Below, in pieces: positions 1-10,660 of a stretch of 64,000 nt of DNA (its first letter is position 1; every line of letters starts with the position of its first letter). The stretch is taken from contig PDIP01000011.1 of the NCBI GenBank assembly GCA_002811645.1, positions 4,435-68,434 on the forward strand. The letters run 5' to 3'. Below the pieces are notes generated by a model, which saw only the letters and a list, made by a program, of their open reading frames with translations, did not search any database and was not told the DNA's origin. This stretch comes from Corallochytrium limacisporum Hawaii (Eukaryota > Protista > Pluriformea). The translations under genes and the position numbers were made by a program.

Positions 1-302
1 GGGCTAACAATCACGAATTGTGCAAATTTTTGTTGAACACCGGTTTTTCGAAATTCTGCACTTTTTTATTGAACAGAGGTTGGTACCACTTAAGCCAAAA
101 CGAATTCCTTATCAGCTTTACTGCCAATAGCCAAAAAAAAACTAAAACTTGGAGCATCCCGACAAAACCGCAGACAATAATTGAACTTTTTTTGATCACC
201 ATGAAAATTGGCAAAGTGAATGTTTCAGGTGTAATGCCATGGTGCATTTCACAAGAGTCGCTGTCCCTAAAAGATAAAAATCAAGGCCAGTGATCTTAGC
301 CC
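1..302. mobile_element. Possible non-autonomous MITE-like element
   Basis: GGGCTAACAATCAC at 1-14 and GTGATCTTAGCCC at 290-302 (revcomp GGGCTAAGATCAC) form imperfect terminal inverted repeats around an AT-rich non-coding interior; left flank and TSD lie outside the window. Confidence 0.3.
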
Positions 303-569
303 ATCGTCACGTGCAACAAACAACTGAAAAACATCCAAGTGACAGCATGCAGCGCCGTAGAACTTGATTCGCTCGAATTGGGTGCACCCAGGATCGAAAG
401 CTCAGCCAGATGTCAGACACATGCTCTTTATGCTGAACCCCATAAATTCGAGTGACTATGGTTAATTGTACAGGTTTTGATTTCTCATGCCTCTTCACAG
501 GTGCTGTTAGCGCCGCCGTCATTCAGGGTAACTGTGGCTGTCTGGTCGTCTTTGGTGCCGTCTGTCCAG

Positions 570-1130
570 CGGAATGTCTGTGAGACCCTCCTCCGCGATG
601 ACAACGTAGCCAATGAGAAGGCTCTTGGAAGAGTAACTACTAAGGACGAGCACGGTTTTACCATTTGTTCCTTGTGTACGATAGTCCGGTTCTATGTTCG
701 GGTGTGGATTCATAATTTAGATTCCAAAATTTTCTGGAGTTGTGTCCGATGGCAACTGTCCCACCAAAATGGGGACTTATTGTTGAGGATCAGGCTATGT
801 TGTTGGTTGGTGCCCACAATTCTGATGCCACCAAAGAGATTACTATTGGGAGTCTATTTTAGCGTTTTTTCGCCTTTGGGAGGATATGGACGCCATGCTC
901 TCCACATTGCTGCACGTCGCCAGTCTCTGGACCCGGTTAAGCCTGCTGATCGGGTTTGGAGCCGATGCTGTTGATGTCTACGGATGCACTACTCTGCACT
1001 ATTCCGCCATCGTTGGCCACGCCGAAGCTGGCTCTGACCCTCACGGTCGGCATGAAACTCAATGTATGGTAAATAGATCGCATTGAGTCGAGAGAACTGC
1101 GCAACTTCCAGGGGCAGATCTATCTGTTAG
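570..1130 (+). pseudogene. Decayed ankyrin-repeat gene
   Basis: Ankyrin-like segments VCETLL..TTKDEHGFTI and GYGRHALHIAARRQSLDPVK (frame of ORF 477..974) continue as LLIGFGADAVDVYGCTTLHYSAIVGH (frame of ORF 886..1086) across a one-base insertion near 942; boundaries approximate. Confidence 0.55.
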
Positions 1131-1437
1131 AAATTTATTCTTCGTATTGCTGCTTTGCGCGTGCATACTTCAACCACTTCATTGGAACTAGAAGACATCG
1201 CTAAAGAAAAGAGTATAGTGTGCCTACTTAGGCAAGAACATGGATGAATTTTTGTACCACCGTGGTACTGTCATGAGAGGTACTCCCTTACACTTATTTC
1301 TGAATCTAAATTGCCGGTAAAATACCTCCTGCCGAATAGGAAAGAGAGGAAATGAAGGGAGATCCGGGGAAGGGAGAGAAAACTCAGTAGTGGCGCCTGA
1401 TTTCCCATTACCAACCGAAAACCTGATCTCTTTCGCT

Positions 1438-2178
1438 CTAGTTGTGGTTAGGTTTGGAGGGCGTCAACGTGACTCCAAAGCCAGCGTAACCGTTACCATA
1501 AGCCACAGTATTTTCGACACCGAACCGTTTAATCCAGGCACCAGAGGTTTCAGTCATGACATAGGTTTGGTCGTCGCCAAGTTGTGGAGAGGCCACCTGT
1601 GCCATCGTGGCAATAGACTCCTCCAATGCTTGGGTGCATGGTATAAAAAACTGATCTGCCGGACATACGTCTGGTGAGCAATTTGGTTTGTTGGTTTCAG
1701 CAAAGGCGGCATAATCAGTATACCACAGCTGATCTATAACCGTGGCCGTACTGTTATTGTTGGAGTGTATCTGGAAAGAGTAAAATTTGCCTTGTATGTA
1801 GCGGTTTTTGAGCTTACACTCACTTAGTTCCTGCAAAAGTCCAGTTAGATCCTTCACAATATCCTGGCAATATTGTTCATTTTCGGCGTCGGTACAGACG
1901 TTGACCCAAAGGCCTTGATGGTCAAGATGCACATCAGCCGTGCCATTAGTATGGATCTGACACATTTCTTCATTTGTGGGCTGATTGCTCATGCATGCAT
2001 CCGATGGGTTGCAATTCGACCAAAACCTCGCTCGAGCAGTCCAGTACGTAGTGCTAATTATGTGGCAGAAGCTACCTCCTGAGGGATCGTCGTCTAGAGG
2101 CTGCCAGACAGGTGAGATTGGGTACGGAAGATCCAATGCAGCACTGGTTTGGATTTGAGCTTCAGCAATGGCAACCAT
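1438..2178 (-). CDS. Orphan Cys-rich acidic protein, 246 aa, unknown function
   Basis: ATG in caaaATGg context (A at -3, like most genes here), protein-like composition, no recognised family. Confidence 0.55.
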   Translation of the reverse strand: MVAIAEAQIQTSAALDLPYPISPVWQPLDDDPSGGSFCHIISTTYWTARARFWSNCNPSDACMSNQPTNEEMCQIHTNGTADVHLDHQGLWVNVCTDAENEQYCQDIVKDLTGLLQELSECKLKNRYIQGKFYSFQIHSNNNSTATVIDQLWYTDYAAFAETNKPNCSPDVCPADQFFIPCTQALEESIATMAQVASPQLGDDQTYVMTETSGAWIKRFGVENTVAYGNGYAGFGVTLTPSKPNHN

Positions 2179-2628
2179 TTTGGATTATGAGCAAGGTCAC
2201 TTTTGACTGCAATAGTCAGCACTATTCTTTGTAGTGTTAGTAGTTTGTTGTCACACCACTCTCTTCCGCGTTGAATCCTCAGATCCTTAAATACCTTAAT
2301 AGGTTTAACTTGTTCTTGTCAGAGAACAACTTCGCTTTGATAGCAGTCAACGGATGTGGACCTTATTAAGGACAGACTGAGTCAAGTCGTACTAGTCCTC
2401 AAATCTGTTCACCATGTGTCCGAAAAGTTGTCGGGCTGGATTTGGACTGCAGATAAAGATGTCAATCCAGTTTCTCATGAAATTTGGTCAGAGCTTTTTG
2501 AGAATACATCATGCTTGCCTCATGGCGGATATGAGCCCCTTATCTACCGTGCTGATGGCAATAGAGGTTTTCGAGTGCGCTCTGCAGGCAAGAAAGTCAG
2601 AGTTTGATACGAGATACTGGCTCCTCTT

Positions 2629-2704
2629 CCCCTTTCCCTCCGTGCGAATCACTTCCTTGTTGCGCTAACCCCTCCCCCCTTTCCCTCCGTGCGCATCACT
2701 TCCT
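2629..2704. repeat. 29-bp direct repeat, two copies, 18-bp spacer
   Basis: cccctttccctccgtgcg(a/c)atcacttcct at 2629-2657 and 2676-2704, one mismatch. Confidence 0.85.
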
Positions 2705-4724
2705 GCGTCATTGCCGAAAGATTCACCATGTAGCCCTCCCAAACCCTGATCCTGTTGGCACTGTTCGAGAAATCCACTTCGTCTACGTGGTAGAGTGGAT
2801 TACTTTCTTCGAAAGACATCCGAATCAAGCCTCCCGTTGACGCGATACTAATTTCACAAAACCGGACACGTCGCCTTCGTACGTGAAAGTCCCATCTTTC
2901 ATCGAACACAAAACGAATTCTTCCCTGCAAACAAACCCTCACCCCCCCCCGGGGGGGGGGGCCTAACGAGGAACGGTGCATGGCAGTCACGCCGTTTGAA
3001 GGTGTAGTTAGACGGTCAGCGAGTCCAATGGCCGACCCCGGCAACAGCTCCATGGAACAAAGAAAGAAGTCTGGATCCAGCACCCGCAATTTCTAACACA
3101 CGAAAGTTCGGTACCAAATCAGTTCCTGCTTGTAGTTTGTTTTATCGATAAACCTCAACGGCACTAACTGCAGTACGAGGTACTGCCGATTTGAACCCCT
3201 ACCTGTCTCTTTCGAAAGCCAAAGCAAATGTATTGGCTTTCACGTCCGAAGCGGTGTGATAGTGGGACAGGTCTCTAAACTTCTGAGGGATAGGAAGAAT
3301 GCGAAGATAGGGATGACTCATGATATCCCTCATCAATTCGTTTCTGAAACAAATTACGCGGAAACTGACTATCAAAGACGTGTTGTTGTACCGTATTTTC
3401 AAGGAGCGCTGATCCCAAACCCAGAATCTTGACAATTACATAAGCGCGGATGTAAGAGACGAGGGTGGAGGTGAGGGGGATTTCAAAAAAACAAATTGGG
3501 CCGCGATGTTAACTTGTGATTTCAGGCATGGGGCCAACACTACCGCCGGCCCCACGTCTCCCACGACTTCGCTCTTTTCGTTTGGTGGTGTTCGTCGCGT
3601 ACATGAGCGACTCTTCCTGCCGAGGTGATTTTGGTATGTTACCAACTAAACAGAATGTAGTAATACTCGAGGCAGAAACAAGTCACTACGCGACAAAGTC
3701 AGTCCAAAAGGAATAATCGGCGTGGCTGTCGCATATGGCAATAGTGACCGCGACTCCGAGACGACAGAGGGTTGTGGGTCCTAGTACCAACTTTGGGTAG
3801 GGACGGCAGAATATCAATTTGCGATCAAAGAGGCTGTCAATTTAGTCAGCAAAGTAGGGTGTTGCGGCAGACGGGATCTCTAGCAAGCGGGACAGATCAA
3901 ATGGTTGGGAAATCGGATACAGACTGCGGCACGGAAAATAGACTCCAAACCAAGAGAGAGACTGACCTTATACTCCGTATGCTGACCATAAACTCTACTG
4001 ACTGCCTGCTGACCAGAAATCACGACTCAAATGATGAGATCTACAGCATTCATGATTATCTCTCTTTGGGAGTAAACTGTGCTACTTTCCGAAACGTAGT
4101 CAGAATTGTTAATGCTGTCAACAAGTACGTTCCATAAACATTGTCGACAAACTGTATCTGCTCATACATGAATCCCTCTTCTCCTATTTGTAGTTCTATT
4201 ACCGGCGTCAACTGGAGAAAAATAGTCAATTTCTCGATGTAAACATATGCCATGTCATAGAGCACGTTGGATTCAGTTACATCGTCATCGGGGGGGTCGA
4301 CCAGGGGAGTGTGAAGCGACACAATGTATTTTAGTCCCATTGATGTACACTCTCCAAGACTTTCGGGTTCTCAGTTTAGCATTCGAAGAAGTTGCAATGT
4401 TCCTGGTCGTTTTGGTCACCAAAGTTGGTATTGATTTCCATCGTTGTCGTACAAGCACACCCATGTATGGCAACACAGAGGCTGGTAAACCCGAAATACA
4501 AAGATCTTTTCGCGTAGCATGAAGGTTCCCCACAGCGCATGATCCCACCCTTACTACCATATCCGGAGAAATTGACAGGTTCCAGGTAAGGTGGTGTTTC
4601 TTATGAGTCACGAGGTTTCAGTTTATTGAGTTTTGCGTAGATCAAGATTTTTCATGGCTCATTGGGCTTCGTAATGTACGTGGATGCCATCAACGCTAGG
4701 GTTGGCATCCTTGCGACGAGTAAA

Positions 4725-5162
4725 CTACAACCATTTAGCAGGATCAGTAGGATGGTTGACACGGTCGTCGCAGATGCCGTTAGTTTCGTAAGGCACGGCT
4801 CTGCACCAACCTCCTTTGCAGTCGTAATCATAATTGCATCGCTCCTCATCATCCCTGAGGTCGTGTGACGGGTTTGGAGCGCATACAGAGTTCTGGCACT
4901 TCCCAGACCAGCAGTCATTGTTGATGTCACAAGGAGCATTCATACGACGCGGGGTGTCTTCGTCGCTTTCGTTGAAAAGCACACAGACACCGCCAACTTC
5001 GTTCTCAGCTCCCAGGCTACATGGGTTGTAGTGGCAACATTCACTACCGGTAGAGCATACTTCACCTATCGGTTGACACACATTGGCATCGGCAGGACGA
5101 ATGGGAGACGCAGTAGCGAAACCAAAAACGGCAGCGAGAGCAACAGTGGGGAACGTCTTCAT
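4725..5162 (-). CDS. Secreted Cys-rich precursor: knottin (ICK)-like module plus two 4-Cys modules
   Basis: Signal peptide MKTFPTVALAAVFGFATA; C-x6-C-x5-CC-x4-C-x11-C; then CDINNDCWSGKCQNSVC and CNYDYDCKGGWC..C; caacATG context; TATTTAAA on the minus strand at 5278-5285. Confidence 0.8.
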   Translation of the reverse strand: MKTFPTVALAAVFGFATASPIRPADANVCQPIGEVCSTGSECCHYNPCSLGAENEVGGVCVLFNESDEDTPRRMNAPCDINNDCWSGKCQNSVCAPNPSHDLRDDEERCNYDYDCKGGWCRAVPYETNGICDDRVNHPTDPAKWL

Positions 5163-8100
5163 GTTGGAGTAAATTAAGGATAAGATCAGTTGAATCGTGG
5201 ACTCTGTCGAAATTTAGTACATGTAAATGGGTTGATTGTAGGATACTTCTTCTGTGAAATCCAGCGACGCAGCCTGATTTAAATAGCTTGTAGTGTCTGA
5301 TCTTAATCATGTGTTTGTGGATTGAACGACCGCAGTGATGTGACGGTTGGCTGGGATGATGCGTGGGTAATAACTCCCAAGCTCTCTTTCCTCTTCCGTC
5401 TAGTCATAAGAGCGAGCGGGTCCTTGTTTCTATTGGAGTCCGTCCGATCATCAATCGACCAAAGTGCATTGCCCACTGGACGAATTTCACTCGCTGATAT
5501 GCTAAATCTGGTATCATCGCATGCGTACTAGGAGACATTGGCTGTTGGTCAGCCTCCCCGCCCTTCCATACAATGCAAGTTGCGCGGGACTCATGGGGTT
5601 GGTAAAAGAATCACGAAAGTATTGCCATGGAGCATAAGAAGCGATTAATCAATGCTGCCCATGGCGGCCTTCGCCACCATACCGCCGGATTGCGAGGATG
5701 TTACAACCCAGTTGTTTTCTGACAACTTCGTTGGTGTGTGACGTCACCTTGCCATCCGGTACCGTGGCACCCTCATATAGTACTGGAGTTCGTCGACATG
5801 GGTTCTGAGGCGATTGCGGCCTTGGCCACATACAAGAGAACCGATCTGGCTGTCTGCCGACGAAAAATTCCAAGCATCCTTGGCTAGGCAGATTTTTCGG
5901 AGATAGCGTCCATTATTCTGGTCTCAGTAAACCGGGAGTAGCGCCTCCGCCGCCTCAGTTTAGACAGTTCGTTATACTTTAAGCCGCACTCAAACTAAGA
6001 TTGACATCTACCCACCTACCTGCATTCGTAGTTGTGGTTCAACCGCGGTCATTTCACAGATGGCAACTAACCATGGTGGCACAATGTCTGTCACTGTAAG
6101 TAGCTAAAGATGGAATTTGTGATGAATGCAAACGCTTTATACTGGTCACAAAAATCATGTGGTCACAAGAGGCGCCTGTCCTGTGTGAATTTGGCGGAGA
6201 GATTCGATGTCCACAATATTTAATCCGACACCAAACCATGAGTTTGTGGCCCCAAACTAATGGCAATGCAATGTGTATACAGTGTTTGTACTTGTAAGAC
6301 AAAAAGGCGGGCAGTTCTTGTATTTTAGAATCCCGCGAAAATGTCCTGCGCAGATATCGCTTTCCCCGTTGAGTTCGTGATTTGTGATGTCGTATACTTT
6401 CCAAACTAATGGCTTCACATCTGATCTGCGATGCCGTTAACACTAGCCGTCGGCAAGCCCAAATGTTGACGGGGAAGGGTTCGCCAATTTGTTCCGTCTT
6501 TGTTGTTCACCTTCGCATATAGCATGACTGCAAAACTGTCCTTTCCATCATGCGGTAACCTTCCTGAGCGCGGGCCTGGCGATCAATCGTAATACTGAGA
6601 GCGCAACTACGCAGTTTTTACCGGTCCGGTCCGGTAGCTTCCGGTAAAACGAACCCCGCCATCAATTAGCTCCCTGCATTGACCAAGATTCCGAAGCACC
6701 GTAGTGATCAAATACTGGCCGGGACGAGCAGACTGATGCCCAAATGCGCACTTCAACCCCGAGTGTTGCATCCCTCCCCGGATCCATCCTTTCTGTTCAA
6801 TGCTGTTTTGCAACCAAGGTGATATATGCTTGGCAATTGACGCAGTGAATGTACGCTGATTGGTGTTCTCCGATGATTGACTGGTACAGGACCCCAATGC
6901 GGAGGCCGAAACGGTGGTCCTAAATTAAAACGATTCGGAGTTGGTTTTAATGAAAATAAAATCTACTGGGGCCAGTTCTTCCAACACTGTAACCCCGTCT
7001 GCAAAACCACAAGAAGGTGTCGCTTTCGTCCTCTACGGGCCTTGCAACTATTCGGTTGCCACATGCGCAACTTTCGATTGAGCTATTTCTGCTCGGCACC
7101 CGTCTTGAGATGGTTGTGGACAGTTTGCAAAATCGTGCTCAACGGTGGGTTTGTTTGTTTGCAGAGGGAACATAGCTTTGAAAACTGGACTGTTCCATAT
7201 TATGTAACTAAGTGGATCATGGGTTTCCGGGAGCATAAGAGCTCTGCCGGGGGACAAGTATACCAACACAGAAACAGACCTTGCCCAACTTTCCATATTT
7301 GGAAAGAAATATCAGCATTCGTAAATACTTTTCACAGAGGAACGCGGACGACGGAAGAAAAGTTTCCAGCTGAGTGCGCAGAGCGGCGTACAGCAGCGGA
7401 TTCACAAGAGTTTTCATATTATTTACAGTGTGTTGAATGTGCGTGCCAAGGTCCTCCCTCACGGTCTTGGTGAAGACCAGCACAGGTGCCATGTACAGCA
7501 CACGCACAGACTGCGGGCCCCGATGCAGGTGTTCACAGCAAGCAGGGGAGAAGCAATACAAAGCGGAAAAAAAAGTTTGGAAGCTTAGATCTTTCGAAAT
7601 AGAGCCCCGTTTCACAGTCTTCACAGTACAGTTAGAGTTGGGGCAGAGGCATCGGAAGGAATACGGAAGGTGCGGTCAAGAAACCTATTACTCCTATTTT
7701 CGTATCAGATGGGGAACAGATACCCCCATTACTGCTTCTAAGCCCCCCGGAATGTCTGTTTCGCACCGCTTTGCCTTGGGTTTAGAAGGTTTCGTCGGCA
7801 GTGGCCTCCCAGTCGCTCGTGGGGCCGGCACCGTATCTCACACTGTCCATACTTCAACGAACGGTGCCTGCGGTCAAGAAACAAAAAAGGTGTGCGAGTT
7901 TCAGACTGACCAAAGGGTTTCGAAGAGCGTATGGAAATAGACGTATAAGTATTGGAATCCATGGAACTGCTCCTCCCCCCTCCCCCCGGGGGGGGGTGGG
8001 GAGAAGGTCCAGGCGTCGTGATGTGTAAGATCAACAATTGTCTTAGTTTCCAAGCTAGAGTATTGAAGTGCAAAGTGCCAGGATGCAAAACTGTTGGTGT

Positions 8101-8308
8101 CTGTAAGTCAGATATCATGCATAGAGTCCGTAATCCGTGCATAACTTGCAGTTTGGGCACTACACGAAGTCTCCAGCAAATCAGTGCCGAGTTCGCAGCT
8201 ACTTCTGACCGAGCGCTTCATATTTTGAGTGTGAAGACTGATCCGTTGTGAAGATTACTCCCTAAGAGTTGAACCTTCGGATCCCGCCTACTTTCAGAAA
8301 CACAGACT

Positions 8309-10288
8309 ATGAGGCTAGTAGATCGACCTGTCGTTGACCGTGCGGACTCGCATTTGTTCCCATCTACCATATCATTCATTCTCTGTGCCATTGGCTTTGC
8401 AATCGGTCTAGGTAATCTTTGGCGGTTTCCCATCTATGTGTATCGTTATGGTGGTGGTACATTCTTCATTCCGTATCTGTTTGGGCTCATAGCTTTGGGA
8501 GTTCCCCTGCTAACGCTCGAGACTGGGATTGGTAACGCTAGCCAGAAAGGCCCCATAGGCGCCTTTGGACACATCAACAGGCGTTTCAGTGGTATTGGTG
8601 CCGCGGCTGTTTACAACGCATTCGTTGTCTGCACATATTACTCCTCCATCTTGGCTTGGGGTCTCGTGTACCTAGTCGAGTCTTTCTATAATGATTTACC
8701 TTGGGACGTGGATATCGTTGAAGGCGAAACCTACAATATTACCCTGCTGGACAAGCCTAATGACTACTTTTACGATTCTGTCCTTATGGCAAGTGAGGAC
8801 CCCGGCTCAACCAAGGTCATCAGCAGTGCTCTTTTCGGTGCCCTCTTTGCCATGTGGGTATTTTCTTATCTAGCTGTCTTTAACGGGCCCAAAACTACAG
8901 GATATATTACGTACATCACCGTCAGCGCTCCCATCGTTATGCTAGCCATTTTGCTCATCCGTGGGTCAACCCTGGAAGGCGCTGGGGATGGTATCACCGA
9001 CTACATTGGAACCTGGGATTTCTCTGAGCTGAAAAATGGCCAGATGTGGATAGATGCCATTAGTCAAATCTTTTTTAGCCTTGGAGTGGCCGTGGCCTCA
9101 TTGATCAGCTTTGGTTCATATACCCCCCGCGGTTTCAGTGTTGTCAAGAACTCGGTTATTGTCGCCGTCGGCAATTCCACCTTTTCATTTTTTGCCGGGT
9201 TTGCTGTCTTCGAAATTCTGGGTTGGTTTTCCAACCTGACTGGGGTGCCCATCGAGGATGTCACACAGAGTGGACCTTCTCTGGCCTTCATTGTCTACCC
9301 GACAGCCCTGTCCCAGTTGCCTGCTCCTCAACTCTTCAATGTCCTCTTCTTCTTGACGATTTTCTTCCTTGGCATCGATACCCTCTTTGGTACCATGGAA
9401 GGGGTCACTGGTGGTATTGATGATACAAAGTACATGCCATACCTGAAGGACGTGCCAAAGATCAAGATTGGTATAGTTTATGCACTAGCCTGGCTATTGA
9501 GCATCTGGTACGTCTCTGACGTTGGTCTGTATTTGCTAGATGTGGTAGATCACTACCTTGCCAGCTACTGCCTTCTCGTTGTGGGTGGTATGGAGGCTGT
9601 TACTGTTTCCTGGATCCACCTCCATGACACCATGATGGACATGCTAGGTCGAAAATGCATCATCACTTTCGAAGTTACATACCTAGGCTGTATTTTGGTG
9701 GGCGTTGTCATTTCCATCGCGCTTAACGGCCCCGTTGATGGCCAGCTCGCAGCACTCATTGGCTTCGTTTGTGGCTTCGTTGTTTTCATCGTGGGCACCC
9801 TTTTTGCTGTCGTTGCTGGTCACAAATTCAGTGGACTTGACATGTCTACTGTCCTTGATAGGCTCTTCAACTTCCAGGCTGACGACATTCGCTGTTGGAT
9901 AAACAACACTGTGACGCAGAATAGTACGAATGGCAACCTCCAGATTCCTCGCGTGTGGAATTTCTTCATCAAGTTTGTCATCCCTGCAACCATCATTATT
10001 CTTATTATCGAGAACATCTACCTTAGTGTTGAGATTGGACCCTACGGAGGATACCCTACCTTTTACCAGGTGGTTGGCGGTCTCGTTCTGATCGGTGCCA
10101 TTGGCATAATGATCTTGGGTGCTGTATTCCCGTCAATTCTTGACGGTCCCGAGATCAACGCTAATGGGGAAAAGGGAGTGGAAGATTCTTCAGAGTTGCC
10201 GGAGCCGATCGTATGCGAATCCCAGGTCAGCGAGACAATCACTTCAGAGTTTGGAGTAAATGAGAAGTATGGTCAGGACGCAGTATAG
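8309..10288 (+). CDS. SLC6/NSS sodium:neurotransmitter symporter family transporter, probably amino-acid type
   Basis: GFAIGLGNLWRFP (TM1), GGGTFFIPY, WIDAISQIFFSLG, GPSLAFIVYP, FFLGIDT; many hydrophobic helices. Confidence 0.95.
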   Translation: MRLVDRPVVDRADSHLFPSTISFILCAIGFAIGLGNLWRFPIYVYRYGGGTFFIPYLFGLIALGVPLLTLETGIGNASQKGPIGAFGHINRRFSGIGAAAVYNAFVVCTYYSSILAWGLVYLVESFYNDLPWDVDIVEGETYNITLLDKPNDYFYDSVLMASEDPGSTKVISSALFGALFAMWVFSYLAVFNGPKTTGYITYITVSAPIVMLAILLIRGSTLEGAGDGITDYIGTWDFSELKNGQMWIDAISQIFFSLGVAVASLISFGSYTPRGFSVVKNSVIVAVGNSTFSFFAGFAVFEILGWFSNLTGVPIEDVTQSGPSLAFIVYPTALSQLPAPQLFNVLFFLTIFFLGIDTLFGTMEGVTGGIDDTKYMPYLKDVPKIKIGIVYALAWLLSIWYVSDVGLYLLDVVDHYLASYCLLVVGGMEAVTVSWIHLHDTMMDMLGRKCIITFEVTYLGCILVGVVISIALNGPVDGQLAALIGFVCGFVVFIVGTLFAVVAGHKFSGLDMSTVLDRLFNFQADDIRCWINNTVTQNSTNGNLQIPRVWNFFIKFVIPATIIILIIENIYLSVEIGPYGGYPTFYQVVGGLVLIGAIGIMILGAVFPSILDGPEINANGEKGVEDSSELPEPIVCESQVSETITSEFGVNEKYGQDAV

Positions 10289-10660
10289 TAACGTGTAAGG
10301 CATCACCAGTTCTACAATCTTACGCATCCCATGCTAGCATTATGGACACATAGTATTCAAAGACATAACATAACCTAAAGAACATATCAAATCCCAATAG
10401 CAAGTGCTCGAGTACCAAACGTTTCCGAGACACCTGAATTTTCTCACTCTGCACAGCAGACGGTGGTTCAGCAAGGTCTACTATCTGTTGACTAGCTTCG
10501 TGCGTTTTTCTGCCACTGCACAAGTGGCATTGCTGCACTCATACTTGGAGACGGTCGAATAGCTTTTTATTGATAGACAAAATTGGACCACAAGGGCTTT
10601 TCTTCTTGGGAAGCATAAGTAGTCCCTGCACCGCCTCTCAGGGTTTGGCTTGGTCCGAAC

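Noticed and set aside
2629-2704. Repeat-spacer-repeat as a mini CRISPR array
   Set aside because: Only two copies, an 18-bp spacer, eukaryotic context and no cas genes
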